A stretch of 48,705 nt of DNA from Candidatus Saccharimonadota bacterium (lineage in GTDB: Bacteria > Patescibacteriota > Saccharimonadia > Saccharimonadales > 2-12-FULL-41-12). A program made the translations under genes and the position numbers. The stretch spans positions 1 to 48,705 of the forward strand of contig JAYUAP010000094.1 of assembly GCA_043741255.1 (NCBI GenBank), in the 5' to 3' direction. Positions within the stretch are counted from its first letter, which is position 1. Every line of letters begins with the position of its first letter. Positions 33,994 to 44,378 of this stretch are shown in pieces. The notes beneath the pieces are model-generated. The model searched no databases. It was given only the letters and a program-made list of their open reading frames with translations, and was not told the origin of the DNA.

Positions 33994-34589
33994 TGTTTTA
34001 CTCCGCTTACACTGGGCGAAATGTAAAGATATGGATTGTCTTTGGTGAACAAGGCCCTGAGTTGAACGATGCACGGGTAATTTCTAGATACTGTCGGGTC
34101 GCAGGATATACTCTCGATGTCAGCTTTTTCAAATATTTTATTTTTTGGATCTTGAAGGTTAAGTTGTACCTGAGTTGCCGAGTCAATGTCCTTCGCTTGG
34201 GCGATTATTGTAATACCACCTTGAATTTTATCTATCTGAAGTTGCTGTAGGGCTGTATTTGCCGGCAAGGCTGCGCCAAGCTGGTTTAGAAGCTTAGAAA
34301 ATAGTATTTCTCTAGAAAGAACTTGGGTTGTAAGCTTTACATTATTGGATATAGTATCTATCTCTTTTTGCGTTCCTTCAATATTTTGTGCTTGAAGAGA
34401 TTGGCGAGACTCAATAGTTTTTTGTTCTATGGATTTTGTTGTTTGAGATAGGTAAAATAATCCGACTACAACAATCAAAACGGCGCCAAAAAGAGCAAAA
34501 ATTAGGTAGGTTAACCATTTTCTTAGAGTGCTGTTTTTACGGGCGTAGAGCATATCGTTGCGTGTTTCAAAGGGGAGTAAGTTTATCAT
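33990..34589 (-). CDS. pilN: type IV pilus assembly protein PilN
   Basis: The N-terminus MINLLPFE (INLLP motif that binds PilM), a single TM, and the position after pilM. Confidence 0.75.
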   Translation of the reverse strand: MINLLPFETRNDMLYARKNSTLRKWLTYLIFALFGAVLIVVVGLFYLSQTTKSIEQKTIESRQSLQAQNIEGTQKEIDTISNNVKLTTQVLSREILFSKLLNQLGAALPANTALQQLQIDKIQGGITIIAQAKDIDSATQVQLNLQDPKNKIFEKADIESISCDPTVSRNYPCIVQLRALFTKDNPYLYISPSVSGVKQ

Positions 34590-35653
34590 GATATAAATAG
34601 CTCCCTTGGGTTAATCAAGGATAATCCAGCAACCGTTACGTAAATAGATTTTTCTAGACTGCTTGGCGGACGTAGTTTATGTAAGTCAAAATTACGTAGT
34701 GGTTCGCAAGTTCGGACGGGAAGACGTATCTGATTAGTCAAATAATCGCTTAAGCCTGGCATGTTAGCCCCGCCACCCATCGTTATGACTTGGCCAATTT
34801 TTGCCTTGGCACCAGATCGTTCTTCATGATAACGAATCATACGTTGGATTTCTTTAGCCAGTTGATCGACCGTTGGTTGAAGCGTACTTAAAATTTGGTC
34901 TTGTTTTTTGCTTTTACCGATTCCGTATTTGGTCTTGATTATGTGAGCTTCTTCTGTGGAGACCCCCAAAATTTTACTAATATTTTCAGTAAAAATGTCT
35001 CCTCCGCCTAAAATAGTTCCCGTGACAATAACTGTTTTGTCATAGATGGTTATATCTGTAGAAACAGAGCCAAAATCTACAAGAACTGCCGGAATGTCAT
35101 TATGGTCATCTTGTTTCTCAAACAGCCTAGCAGCAGCTAAAATGCTTGTGTCAAAACCAACAGGTTCCAAACCTAAAATGTGGGCTAAACGTATATGGGA
35201 GTCAACAATTTTTCTAGGAGTCGCGACAGCCAAAACTTCTAGGCCTTTTTCGGTTCTGCCGATTATGGAATGGTCCAGGTACAGATCATCGAGTGGAATT
35301 GGGATGTACTGTTCAGCCTCTATCCTAACAGCGTCAGGGATTTCATCGTCTTTTATTGATGGAAGTTCAATAGTACGCGTGTATGTTTTGGAAGCAGGTA
35401 CAGACAACGCAACACGCTTAGTATTAATTTCGCCGACTATATTTTCTTTAAATAAATGCATGATTGATTCGGCTAAAGTTTTATACTTTGTAACTACGCC
35501 TTCTTCTATAGCGCTGGAATCAAAGGCCCCCACGCCATAACCAATAACCGAAAAACCTTTATTTTGAGGTTGAGTTTGCATGACCTTGATGGTGCTAAAC
35601 CCAATATCTAGACCGAACAAAGGTTTGTCGTGATAAAAATATTTAGAGTTCAT
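34586..35653 (-). CDS. pilM: type IV pilus assembly ATPase-like protein PilM
   Basis: Actin-like fold motifs (FGLDIG.S.IKV, VDFGS..TD, MGGGA). Confidence 0.9.
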   Translation of the reverse strand: MNSKYFYHDKPLFGLDIGFSTIKVMQTQPQNKGFSVIGYGVGAFDSSAIEEGVVTKYKTLAESIMHLFKENIVGEINTKRVALSVPASKTYTRTIELPSIKDDEIPDAVRIEAEQYIPIPLDDLYLDHSIIGRTEKGLEVLAVATPRKIVDSHIRLAHILGLEPVGFDTSILAAARLFEKQDDHNDIPAVLVDFGSVSTDITIYDKTVIVTGTILGGGDIFTENISKILGVSTEEAHIIKTKYGIGKSKKQDQILSTLQPTVDQLAKEIQRMIRYHEERSGAKAKIGQVITMGGGANMPGLSDYLTNQIRLPVRTCEPLRNFDLHKLRPPSSLEKSIYVTVAGLSLINPRELFIS

Positions 35654-35727
35654 TTTTGTGATAGCCCACCGAATTTCTTATGCTTATAGTATACCACCGA
35701 AGTTTAAAATTATTATGAAAAGTATTG

Positions 35728-37092
35728 CTAAAAAGCTCTTCTGTAACCATTGAGTATCCAGTAGGATGTGCCTATTCCGGCGGAAGTACCAAAGGTGATG
35801 GTTGCTGTGTTTCTAAGGTGTACAGTTTGGCCGATAAGTGCACCAATTTGGCCACTGTTAAAAACTTGCACTTTAGACCACTTAGCATAAAATATGGTAC
35901 CTGAGCCAGCGCCAGTATTGTTTAGATTAATCGTTACTAAGTCTCGAGAATTTTTTAGATCTATACCCGTAACATCTGCACAGTCTGGAGAACAGCCAGC
36001 AGAACTATAGTAAGCTACAAGCCGAAGTCCAGTACCGCTGGCATTGTTTTGAACTGAAGATGAGTTTTGTAATGAGACTAATGTACCATCAACCATTAAG
36101 TCTGGTCGTGTTGAGTTAAGAGAGTTTGAGATAGTTATTTTGCCTGCTTGTGTGAAAGTTAATGTCCCAGTAATCCAGGCATTGCCGTTCATAGTTACGT
36201 TGCAGGTTTTAGAAATTGTGACATTACCCGTAATCTTGACATTTGCTGGCCAAGTCACGCTACCGCCGTTGCTTGTACATGATGCGGTGGCACCCGTTAA
36301 GTTATTTGTGACTGTTGCTTTTTGGGTAGCTCTATCATGTGTAGGTAAGGGCAAAGTTGGCACCCCGCTACCGCTTATTAGTCCGGGGTTTGTAAGTCCT
36401 GTGGTTGTCACTTGATTGTTAGCTGACACAGACCCATAAATATGCGCACTGTTGCTAATACTAATCGGCTCGCCATTTTCTCCACTATTGCAAAGTCTGG
36501 GGTATGTAGCATTGGCTGGGTTTGGGCATGCCTGGTGTGCTACTTTGAGGCTAACAGGTGTTGCTAGCAGACCAATCTGAGACGTATTACTCATAGTTAC
36601 GGTTCCATTTACATAAACATCGCCTCCCAAAACCTTAGAAGAATTGTCCATAATTAGTCCTCCAACACCAGTCACAATACTAAAGTTGCCACTTGTTACC
36701 TTTCTGAGGTCGGCGTTGATTGTTATGGATGACTGTGGAGTGGCAGAGCTCGCAGGTCTGTATAACTTAGCGGTCGAAGTCATGACTTTTTTGTCTGAAT
36801 TTACATCGCTAACTACGACACTATATGTTGTTTTGACATTATTGAGAGTATCAAAAACCACAGTACCGCCAGTGCCTGCCCAAGCAGTATTAGCAGTAAT
36901 TTGTTGCATACCATAGTCTATCGCAGCATCGGCCACCATTTGCGTCTCAGTTCTAAACGTATCTTTAAGGGACAAAACAACATTATTTGTGCTAAGTCGT
37001 GTGTAGTTAAGTGCAATAATAATTAAAAACGGTAAAACAATTATGACCGAAATTAGAGCGGCGCCTTTTTGAGAGCGAGTAATATTTTTCAT
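35728..37092 (-). CDS. large PilX_N-type pilus-associated protein (putative minor pilin or tip-associated factor), S/T/N/G-rich
   Basis: The N-terminus QKGAALISVIIVLPFLIIIAL resembles the PilX N-terminal domain. It sits directly after two prepilin-type genes, with a 1-nt overlap. Confidence 0.5.
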   Translation of the reverse strand: MKNITRSQKGAALISVIIVLPFLIIIALNYTRLSTNNVVLSLKDTFRTETQMVADAAIDYGMQQITANTAWAGTGGTVVFDTLNNVKTTYSVVVSDVNSDKKVMTSTAKLYRPASSATPQSSITINADLRKVTSGNFSIVTGVGGLIMDNSSKVLGGDVYVNGTVTMSNTSQIGLLATPVSLKVAHQACPNPANATYPRLCNSGENGEPISISNSAHIYGSVSANNQVTTTGLTNPGLISGSGVPTLPLPTHDRATQKATVTNNLTGATASCTSNGGSVTWPANVKITGNVTISKTCNVTMNGNAWITGTLTFTQAGKITISNSLNSTRPDLMVDGTLVSLQNSSSVQNNASGTGLRLVAYYSSAGCSPDCADVTGIDLKNSRDLVTINLNNTGAGSGTIFYAKWSKVQVFNSGQIGALIGQTVHLRNTATITFGTSAGIGTSYWILNGYRRAF

Positions 37093-37772
37093 TAAAATGT
37101 GTTCCTTAAAGTTGTTCTAATACTTGTATCCAGGGTTAGCGGTGCACCGAAGGTATCTGCCTGCATAGTAAGGTTTATGACTACAGAACGAGCAATAACA
37201 GGGTTGTTAGTTGAAGCGTTATCTTGGTCGTAAAGTACGAAAACCATAGATTGGACATTTTCTGCCAGCTTAATATCCGCAGGACAGCTACTAGTTGCAG
37301 ATGCTGGCGGGCATGAAGTTTTTAGTTTATTCCCAACAGCAGTCGGATTGGCCAAAGTTCGTTTATACATTGTTTTACCATTTTTGTAATAAACCAACTC
37401 ATTCAAGTATGGCTGGTTAGTAAAGGGATCAATTATATACTGTTCAGAACTGTCTATGGCTGGCACGGCTGTAATAATTACAAACGAGGTATTATTGGTA
37501 TTCCAGCCACCAACTGGTGCGTTGGCGTCCGAAATAGTGTTAGTCTGTCTAACGCCAGCACCATATCTTAGTTCTTCGGTCACTGTTCTTAGCAAGCCTT
37601 GAGCATCAACACTCATAGAGATGTCCACACTATTTCGGGTTAGTAAAACAAAATAGTTAGTAAAAACTGTAAGAATTGACACCATTATAATCGCAAGTAT
37701 GGTAATGCTAAGATTAATTTCTACTAACGTAAAACCTTTTTGATTTGGCTTAACTTTAGTATTGACCAACAC
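37092..37772 (-). CDS. prepilin-type N-terminal cleavage/methylation domain protein (minor pilin, PilW-like)
   Basis: KGFTLVE followed by a hydrophobic helix. Confidence 0.7.
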   Translation of the reverse strand: MLVNTKVKPNQKGFTLVEINLSITILAIIMVSILTVFTNYFVLLTRNSVDISMSVDAQGLLRTVTEELRYGAGVRQTNTISDANAPVGGWNTNNTSFVIITAVPAIDSSEQYIIDPFTNQPYLNELVYYKNGKTMYKRTLANPTAVGNKLKTSCPPASATSSCPADIKLAENVQSMVFVLYDQDNASTNNPVIARSVVINLTMQADTFGAPLTLDTSIRTTLRNTF

Positions 37773-38175
37773 CCAGCTCCCCTATGTAGGTTTTATAAGT
37801 CTGGCTTTGTGTTTTCCCTTGTGCGTTGTATGACAGAGTAACTACAACCAACTTAAGACCTGCGCTAACATCGCTTATTACTTCAGAACCAGAGCGAGGA
37901 GATTTTAACTCAGCCGGCATCTGGCTGGTAATATCTGTAGTGCCATTCGTAATAGTTAGGTAGCCTTTACTTCTAAGTTCTTCGATTTTATTTTCGGCAA
38001 AAGAATTAACAATGGTTAAATCGCGTCCGCGCTGAGCTAAGTGAGAATTATTGTTAGTCACAATGCTTAAACTGCCAATCAAAACAACAGATACCATAAT
38101 AGTCACCAGTAATTCTACAAGTGTAAAACCATCATCATCAATAGACTTTATGGCAGAAATATTTATTATTCTCAT
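37756..38175 (-). CDS. prepilin-type N-terminal cleavage/methylation domain protein (minor pilin, PilV/GspH-like)
   Basis: DGFTLVELLVTIMV after an unusually long 15-aa leader. Confidence 0.7.
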   Translation of the reverse strand: MRIINISAIKSIDDDGFTLVELLVTIMVSVVLIGSLSIVTNNNSHLAQRGRDLTIVNSFAENKIEELRSKGYLTITNGTTDITSQMPAELKSPRSGSEVISDVSAGLKLVVVTLSYNAQGKTQSQTYKTYIGELGVGQY

Positions 38176-38226
38176 GCTTATAAATTAGTATATCACTGAC
38201 GTAATTAATGTTTTTAATAAAAACTT

Positions 38227-38252
38227 AAAACCCTCAAAATTTTGAGGGTTTT
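38227..38252. terminator. rho-independent terminator after pilA (palindromic, bidirectional)
   Basis: AAAACCCTCAAA-ATTT-TGAGGGTTTT, about 20 nt downstream of the pilA stop. Confidence 0.7.
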
Positions 38253-38272
38253 AAGTTTACTAAATCTAATTT

Positions 38273-38716
38273 TTAGTTAAGACTAGTTTTTACGTATGTG
38301 CCACCACTTTCAAGCGTTGCTGTAAGCGTGTAAGCAGTACAGTCGGTTGCACTGTTGTCACAACCAGCTGGTGTTTCTGCATATGAGTAAACATTAGCTG
38401 CTGGAGCTGCTGCTACATCATTGTTAGCGCCTTTTGGATCCGCTAGTGCAGCTAGGTCAAGACCTTTTAAGTTGGCTTTTACAAAGACATCATCGTCAAG
38501 GTTGGCGTTAGTTGGGTAACGGCCGTTTTGAGCGTAGTATGCCTCTACTTGGCTGTGTACAGCGCCGATGTCTGTTTGACGCTCGCTGTCACGTGCTTTT
38601 CTTTGTATTCCGCTAAATGTTGTTACAACTAGTGCAGCCAAGATTCCAATCACGACGATTACAATCAATAGCTCAACAATAGTGAAACCACTTTGTTTTC
38701 TTTTAAGTGAGATCAT
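38273..38716 (-). CDS. pilA: major type IV pilin
   Basis: The leader is followed by GFTIVELLIVIVVIGILAAL (class III signal with the E5 residue). A C-terminal Cys pair is present. Strong GGAGGG SD, and its own terminator. Confidence 0.85.
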   Translation of the reverse strand: MISLKRKQSGFTIVELLIVIVVIGILAALVVTTFSGIQRKARDSERQTDIGAVHSQVEAYYAQNGRYPTNANLDDDVFVKANLKGLDLAALADPKGANNDVAAAPAANVYSYAETPAGCDNSATDCTAYTLTATLESGGTYVKTSLN

Positions 38717-38827
38717 AAGGACCCACCCTCCTTAAGTTATTTTTATAGTATTATGACCCCTAAGATTTTATATTGCTTAGGTATCTAGCAATGATTATTA
38801 AGCATTACCTTTATTTGGTCAAGCGTT

Positions 38828-40045
38828 TTAACCACCACCTGTTGACGACACATTACTACTTAGTGAAGCAATAGGACCCATAACACTGGCGGCTATCAGC
38901 CCAACCATACCACCTAAAACAATAATCATTATTGGTTCTATCAAGGAGCTTATTCCGTCAATAACTGCGTCAACCTCCTCTTCGTAAAAATCAGCAACTT
39001 TAACCAAAATTGTATCAATCTCACCGGTTTCTTCGCCGATTGCTAACATCTGCGACACTATGGGTGGAAAATATTTACTTTTTGATAGTGGTTCTGACAG
39101 TTGCTTACCGTTCTTTACTTCTTTGGCTGCATTTTTAAGCTCTGCTTCTATGACTTTATTACCTATAGCTCCACCCGTGACTTCTAAAGCGTCTAAAACG
39201 GTGACTCCAGATGACATAAGTGAGGCAAAAGTCCTGGAAAAGCGGGCAATGGCGACCTTGGTAATAATTGTCGATACAATTGGTGTTTTGAGCAGTAGTT
39301 CATGAAACTTGTACTTGCCCTTAGGTGTCTTTATATATCTACGTATAAAAAATATTATTAGTGTTGTGCCTACTACCATGACAATGGCGTTTTTTTGCAT
39401 AAAGGTACTGGCGCTCAGCATAGCGCGTGTATAGACGGGTAATTTTGCATCTGGACCGCCAAGGTCAGTAATTATTTTGCCAAGTTTAGGTATGACAACA
39501 ATCATAATTCCAAAGAACGCTACGATTGTAATGCTAAAAATAACAATCGGATAGGCTGAGGCACTTTTAATTTTTTTACGCATTGATGCGTCTTTTTCTA
39601 CCTGAGCTGCAAGACGCTTTAAGATATCGTCTAGAATTCCTCCGGCTTCACCGGCACGGACCATATTTACATAAACTTCACTAAAAACATTTGGATATTT
39701 GGCCAGTGTATCGCCAAGTGAAGTTCCGCCCTCTATATCTTTAGAAAGTCCTAAAATTACACCTTTAAAATATTTGTTTTCTGTTTGGGTATGAAGTGTT
39801 GAAAAAGCTCTGGTTAATGGCACGCCGGCAGAAATCATGGTAGAAAGTTGCCTAGTAAAGACAACTAGTTCTTTTTGCTTTACTTTGCCACGTTTTTTGA
39901 ATTTTATGCCACTAGATTCAGTAACAACAATCGGCCGAAGACCTTGTTTAGTCAATGTTGCCATAGCACTTTCTTTACTGCCGGCCTCTATAGTGCCTTT
40001 AGTAGTTTTGCTGTCGCGGGTTGCTGTGTAATTAAATGAAGCCAT
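38828..40045 (-). CDS. pilC: type IV pilus platform protein PilC (GspF family)
   Basis: Two T2SSF repeats and three TM segments, at a typical length of 405 aa. Confidence 0.93.
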   Translation of the reverse strand: MASFNYTATRDSKTTKGTIEAGSKESAMATLTKQGLRPIVVTESSGIKFKKRGKVKQKELVVFTRQLSTMISAGVPLTRAFSTLHTQTENKYFKGVILGLSKDIEGGTSLGDTLAKYPNVFSEVYVNMVRAGEAGGILDDILKRLAAQVEKDASMRKKIKSASAYPIVIFSITIVAFFGIMIVVIPKLGKIITDLGGPDAKLPVYTRAMLSASTFMQKNAIVMVVGTTLIIFFIRRYIKTPKGKYKFHELLLKTPIVSTIITKVAIARFSRTFASLMSSGVTVLDALEVTGGAIGNKVIEAELKNAAKEVKNGKQLSEPLSKSKYFPPIVSQMLAIGEETGEIDTILVKVADFYEEEVDAVIDGISSLIEPIMIIVLGGMVGLIAASVMGPIASLSSNVSSTGGG

Positions 40046-40058
40046 ATTTATTTATGAT

Positions 40059-41876
40059 TTAACTTTCTGATGTTACTCGTAAAATCTCTTCTACGCTTGT
40101 TTGGCCACGAAGAGCTTTAATAAATCCATCAAGTTGCATGGTAATCATGTTTTCAGTTATGGCTTGGCGTTGAATGTCGTCACTGGTAGAGCCGGATACA
40201 ATTAATTTTTGGATATTTTCTGAATTACCCAGTACTTCATATATACCAACACGACCTTTATAGCCTGTGTGGTTACATGATTCACAGCCTTTTTTGGCGG
40301 GTCTCCATAGTTTGTCTATCTTTGAATCGTCGGTAGAAAGAGCGGCTGAGGATGATTTGTTGGTCTTGCTGGTGTTAGTCTTGCCAATACCACCGGCCAG
40401 GGCTTCTTCTTCAAGTTTATGGATAAATTTCATCGTGTCGGCGTCGGAAGTATGAAAGATTTTGTCTATTTGCTTTATGTCGGCAACGTCTGGTTCGTAC
40501 GATTCTCGGCAATCAACGCAAAGCCTACGCACCAATCTTTGTCCAACAATCGCCCTAACAGTACTGGCGATAAGAAATGGCTCAATACCCATGTCAAGCA
40601 GACGAGGCAAGCAAGTAGCCGCATTGTTGGTGTGGAGTGTGGCAAATACAAGGTGGCCAGTCAGGGCGGCTTGCACGGCTAGACCGGCGGTCTCGCTGTC
40701 ACGAATCTCCCCAACCATAATTATGTTAGGGTCTTGACGTAGTAAGGCACGCAGGCCGTTTACAAAGGTCATTCCGGCTTTGGGGTTAACTTGTGTTTGG
40801 TTGGCACCTTGGATTTTATACTCAATTGGATCTTCTATTGTAGAGATATTCACTGTTGGTCGGTTCAGAAGACTAAGCGTACTGTACAGACTGGTCGATT
40901 TACCAGAACCGGTCGGGCCAGTTACTAGTATCATGCCGTGAGGCTGGACAATGGCGTCGTTGACTGTAACAAGGGCACGACCCCAGTAACCAAGTTCTTC
41001 TAGAGTCAATGGTTTACTGGATTCATTTAGTACACGCATGACGACTTTTTCGCCCTCGTTTATTGGTAGGGTAGATACACGTAGGGCAAAAACGCCCTCG
41101 CCAATCTGGATTTTAAACCGTCCGTCTTGTGGAGCGCGCCGTTCATCAATTTTTAGATTACTGAGGATTTTTATGCGGCTAACCAACGCACCATGGACTT
41201 TTTTAGGCAGTTTGTTGGCCTCTTTTAGGATACCGTCTATACGGTAGCGCACCACTACGTGTTCTTCGCGCGGTTCTATATGTATGTCACTGGCACCTGA
41301 CTTGATGGCGTATTCGATGATTAAGTTTACGGTTTGAGCTATTGGCGAATCTTCGGCAACGTCTTCTTCGCTGATATCTAATTCTTCGTCTTCAGATTCT
41401 GCTGATTCGCTGTCCAAAACTTTGGTTAGCTCTGTACTCACGCTTCCACGGTATTGGTCCAGAGCAGTAGATATGTTGCTACCAGTCGCCACGTGGACCT
41501 TAATATTGGTGCCCAGTTGTTTTTGCAAGAAGTTAACCGCCTGAATATCGTCAGGATCTTCCATGGCCAGTAGTTTTGAGCCGTCATCTTCTACACCAAA
41601 CAACACTACTTTGTATTGGCGAGCGATTCTTTCTGGGATTAATTTTAGGACTTCACGTGGGATTTCTTTGCTATTTAACTCTATAAAAGGTATATCTATT
41701 TCTTTAGAATAAAGTCTGGTCAAATCTTTCTCGGATATAATATTACCGGCAATAACAATATCTTGGAGTGGTTTTTTCTCGGTTTTTTCTTGTTCTCGCA
41801 GGGCTACTATTTGCTCTTCGGTAACTTTTCCGTCAGCGCGTAGCAATTGTTCCACCAGACTATCAGATATACGCAT
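40059..41876 (-). CDS. pilB: type IV pilus assembly ATPase PilB (GspE family)
   Basis: An N-terminal MshEN-like domain, Walker A GPTGSGKST, Asp and His boxes, and a tetra-Cys zinc motif (CVDC...CESC). Confidence 0.95.
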   Translation of the reverse strand: MRISDSLVEQLLRADGKVTEEQIVALREQEKTEKKPLQDIVIAGNIISEKDLTRLYSKEIDIPFIELNSKEIPREVLKLIPERIARQYKVVLFGVEDDGSKLLAMEDPDDIQAVNFLQKQLGTNIKVHVATGSNISTALDQYRGSVSTELTKVLDSESAESEDEELDISEEDVAEDSPIAQTVNLIIEYAIKSGASDIHIEPREEHVVVRYRIDGILKEANKLPKKVHGALVSRIKILSNLKIDERRAPQDGRFKIQIGEGVFALRVSTLPINEGEKVVMRVLNESSKPLTLEELGYWGRALVTVNDAIVQPHGMILVTGPTGSGKSTSLYSTLSLLNRPTVNISTIEDPIEYKIQGANQTQVNPKAGMTFVNGLRALLRQDPNIIMVGEIRDSETAGLAVQAALTGHLVFATLHTNNAATCLPRLLDMGIEPFLIASTVRAIVGQRLVRRLCVDCRESYEPDVADIKQIDKIFHTSDADTMKFIHKLEEEALAGGIGKTNTSKTNKSSSAALSTDDSKIDKLWRPAKKGCESCNHTGYKGRVGIYEVLGNSENIQKLIVSGSTSDDIQRQAITENMITMQLDGFIKALRGQTSVEEILRVTSES

Positions 41877-41970
41877 AATTGTTTACTAGTATAAACGATA
41901 AGCATTATGCGCGGTAGACCTAAAAGTCGTATAATATGTTTATACATATAAATTACTGGAGGGGATGAAA

Positions 41971-42990
41971 ATGGCTGATAAATCTGCAAAAAAAACTGTT
42001 GGTGATGGTGAACAAGAGGGCAAGGCGAAGGCACTTGGTCTAGCGCTAGAGACTATTGAAAAGCAATTTGGCAAAGGCTCGATTATGAAGTTGGGCGAGG
42101 CCCACAAGGTTAATGTAGAGACAGTATCGTCTGGTTCGCTTAGTTTAGACATTGCACTTGGTGGAGGAATCCCAAAAGGTCGAATTATAGAGGTTTATGG
42201 ACCAGAGAGTTCTGGTAAAACCACGCTAACACTACATGCCATTGCCGAAGTCCAAAAAAAGGGAGGCACAGCCGCCTTCATAGACGCCGAGCATGCACTA
42301 GATCCAGCCTATGCTAAAAGGCTAGGCGTAGACACAGATAATCTGCTAATTTCTCAGCCAGATAACGGCGAGCAGGCGCTGGAGATTGCCGAGACTTTAG
42401 TACGAAGTAGTGCTGTTGATTTGGTCGTTATCGACTCTGTAGCAGCTTTAGTGCCGAGAGCAGAGATTGAAGGAGACATGGGTGACAGTCACATGGGACT
42501 TCAGGCCAGGCTAATGAGCCAGGCTCTGCGTAAACTTACAGGTATTATTAGCCGGTCCAACACGACAGTTATTTTCATTAACCAAATTCGTATGAAGATT
42601 GGTGTGATGTTTGGCAACCCAGAAACAACAACTGGTGGAAATGCACTTAAATTTTATGCTTCTATACGCATGGACATTAGGCGAATTTCTCAGATAAAAC
42701 AGGGCGAAGAAATCATCGGTAACCGTACTCGTGTTAAGGTGGTCAAAAACAAGATTGCTCCACCCTTTAGGCAGGCAGAGTTCGACATTATGTATAACCA
42801 AGGCATTAGCCGGAGTGGCGACGTACTGGATCTAGCGGTAGAGCATAACATTGTTGAAAAAGCCGGAGCTTGGTTCGCCTACGGCGAAGGCAAAATCGGT
42901 CAAGGTCGTGAAGCCAGCAAGCAATATCTAGAAGAAAATCCCAAAATAATGGCTGAAATCGAGAAGAAAATCCGTAAAATTGAAGTTTAG
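41971..42990 (+). CDS. recA: recombinase RecA
   Basis: Walker [10 protein letters not shown] and the L1/L2 loop regions. I prefer the ATG at 41971, 8 nt after GGAGG. The track's ATG at 41965 lies just 2 nt after the GGAGG core. Confidence 0.97.
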   Translation: MADKSAKKTVGDGEQEGKAKALGLALETIEKQFGKGSIMKLGEAHKVNVETVSSGSLSLDIALGGGIPKGRIIEVYGPESSGKTTLTLHAIAEVQKKGGTAAFIDAEHALDPAYAKRLGVDTDNLLISQPDNGEQALEIAETLVRSSAVDLVVIDSVAALVPRAEIEGDMGDSHMGLQARLMSQALRKLTGIISRSNTTVIFINQIRMKIGVMFGNPETTTGGNALKFYASIRMDIRRISQIKQGEEIIGNRTRVKVVKNKIAPPFRQAEFDIMYNQGISRSGDVLDLAVEHNIVEKAGAWFAYGEGKIGQGREASKQYLEENPKIMAEIEKKIRKIEV

Positions 42991-43000
42991 GAGTAAAGGT

Positions 43001-43690
43001 ATGTCTGAACGAGCTAGAGTATTTGCAGGTCAAATCAAAATTGTTAATCAGTTAGAACCTTCGTACTGTAACGGAATAGGGGTAAGTAGAGATGCAAAAG
43101 GTTTTTATTATGTTGACCCTTTGATTGACGTTGAACAACGAAAAGAAAATTGGTCGATCGATAACTCAAACCCTAGAGTAGAAGACCCTCTATCCCCAGC
43201 AACACTAAGGTTAAGCAAACTTCGTGGAGAAAAACCAGTTGTGCGATTTGGGTGTGTAGAGGCAATTAGCTTACCTGAACGGGCAGTACTAAATCCTTTA
43301 ACATATATTGCTAGATCTCGAGCTAAATATTCTCCGTATTTCGGTCCAGCATCATATGGATTAATCGGTATATTAACAAATAATGGTGTTAGTTCACTCG
43401 AAATTGAAAATCAAATAGGGGAATTAAAAAAAGTTAATGAAGATAAGGATGAAAGAGGTTTAGCCCTGCTTTTCTTTGCTGCCCTTGGTGATAAAGCGAT
43501 ATTAGGTAGTGGTGAAAATGAATGTCATTTTCTCCTTGACAGGACACATGGAGTAATTTTCGGCTCAGACTCCGAAGCATTAGCCGAGGCCAAACAAATG
43601 CGTGACGAACGACTCGAAAGAATCTCGGAGCAGGTTCGAGGAGCATTTAGTTCAAGTTTTGGTGTCGAGTTATTTAATCATCAAGGGTGA
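43001..43690 (+). CDS. hypothetical protein (229 aa) inserted between recA and recX
   Basis: ATG preceded by AGGAG. Its stop overlaps the recX GTG start (GTGA). No motif. Confidence 0.5.
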   Translation: MSERARVFAGQIKIVNQLEPSYCNGIGVSRDAKGFYYVDPLIDVEQRKENWSIDNSNPRVEDPLSPATLRLSKLRGEKPVVRFGCVEAISLPERAVLNPLTYIARSRAKYSPYFGPASYGLIGILTNNGVSSLEIENQIGELKKVNEDKDERGLALLFFAALGDKAILGSGENECHFLLDRTHGVIFGSDSEALAEAKQMRDERLERISEQVRGAFSSSFGVELFNHQG

Positions 43691-44289
43691 AAATTACTAA
43701 TATTCAGGCGCAAGTAAAGACGAGAGGGCGTTATTCTATTTTTGTTGATGATAAATTCGCTTTTGGATTAAGCGAGTCAGCACTAATAAATTCTGGAATT
43801 AAAGTTGGGACCGAAATTACAGCTAAAGATTTAACAGATTTTAAGCAAGATTCAGAACTGGATAAAATTTACGGACGTTTGTTAGATTTGCTGGCTCGCA
43901 GGCCTCGGAGCGAATGGGAACTACATGACTATTTAAAACGTAAAAAGGTTGATAATGAAGACGCAGATAAGTTACTTAACAAGTTAAGTAACCACGGGCA
44001 TATTAATGACGAGGATTTTGCCAAGCGTTGGGTAGAAAGCCGTAGGTTACTAAAATCTACCAACAAACGCAAGCTTAGTATGGAGCTACGCCAAAAGCGC
44101 ATTAGGGGTGAAATTATCAGTAAAATTTTATCCGATGACGAAACTGATGAGGTAGAAGTTTTAAAAGAATTGATAGCCAAAAAACGCACCCAAACTCGCT
44201 ACCAAGATGACCTAAAACTTATGCAATACCTAAGTACGCAAGGATTCAACTACTCTGATATTAAACAAGCCTTAACTCCAGAAGACTAA
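43687..44289 (+). CDS. recX: recombination regulator RecX
   Basis: Three-repeat helical pattern (R..SE.EL...L..K, D..FA..WV), in the position after recA. Confidence 0.85.
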   Translation: MKITNIQAQVKTRGRYSIFVDDKFAFGLSESALINSGIKVGTEITAKDLTDFKQDSELDKIYGRLLDLLARRPRSEWELHDYLKRKKVDNEDADKLLNKLSNHGHINDEDFAKRWVESRRLLKSTNKRKLSMELRQKRIRGEIISKILSDDETDEVEVLKELIAKKRTQTRYQDDLKLMQYLSTQGFNYSDIKQALTPED

Positions 44290-44306
44290 CTTTTTACGTT
44301 TTAACC

Positions 44307-44330
44307 AAAATAACTAAAGTAGTTATTTTT
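44307..44330 (+). terminator. rho-independent terminator after recX
   Basis: AAATAACT-AAAGT-AGTTATTT followed by TT. Confidence 0.5.
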
Positions 44331-44378
44331 ATGAAAATTAAGGGATATGTAGTAGTGTATGCTTAAGGGCTTTGCTCT

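Noticed and set aside
41807-42152. Minus-strand ORFs 41807-42034 and 41940-42152 in the pilB-recA divergent region.
   Set aside because: They overlap the pilB 5' end, the recA 5' end and the promoter region. Their composition is poor and they have no signals, so they are spurious.
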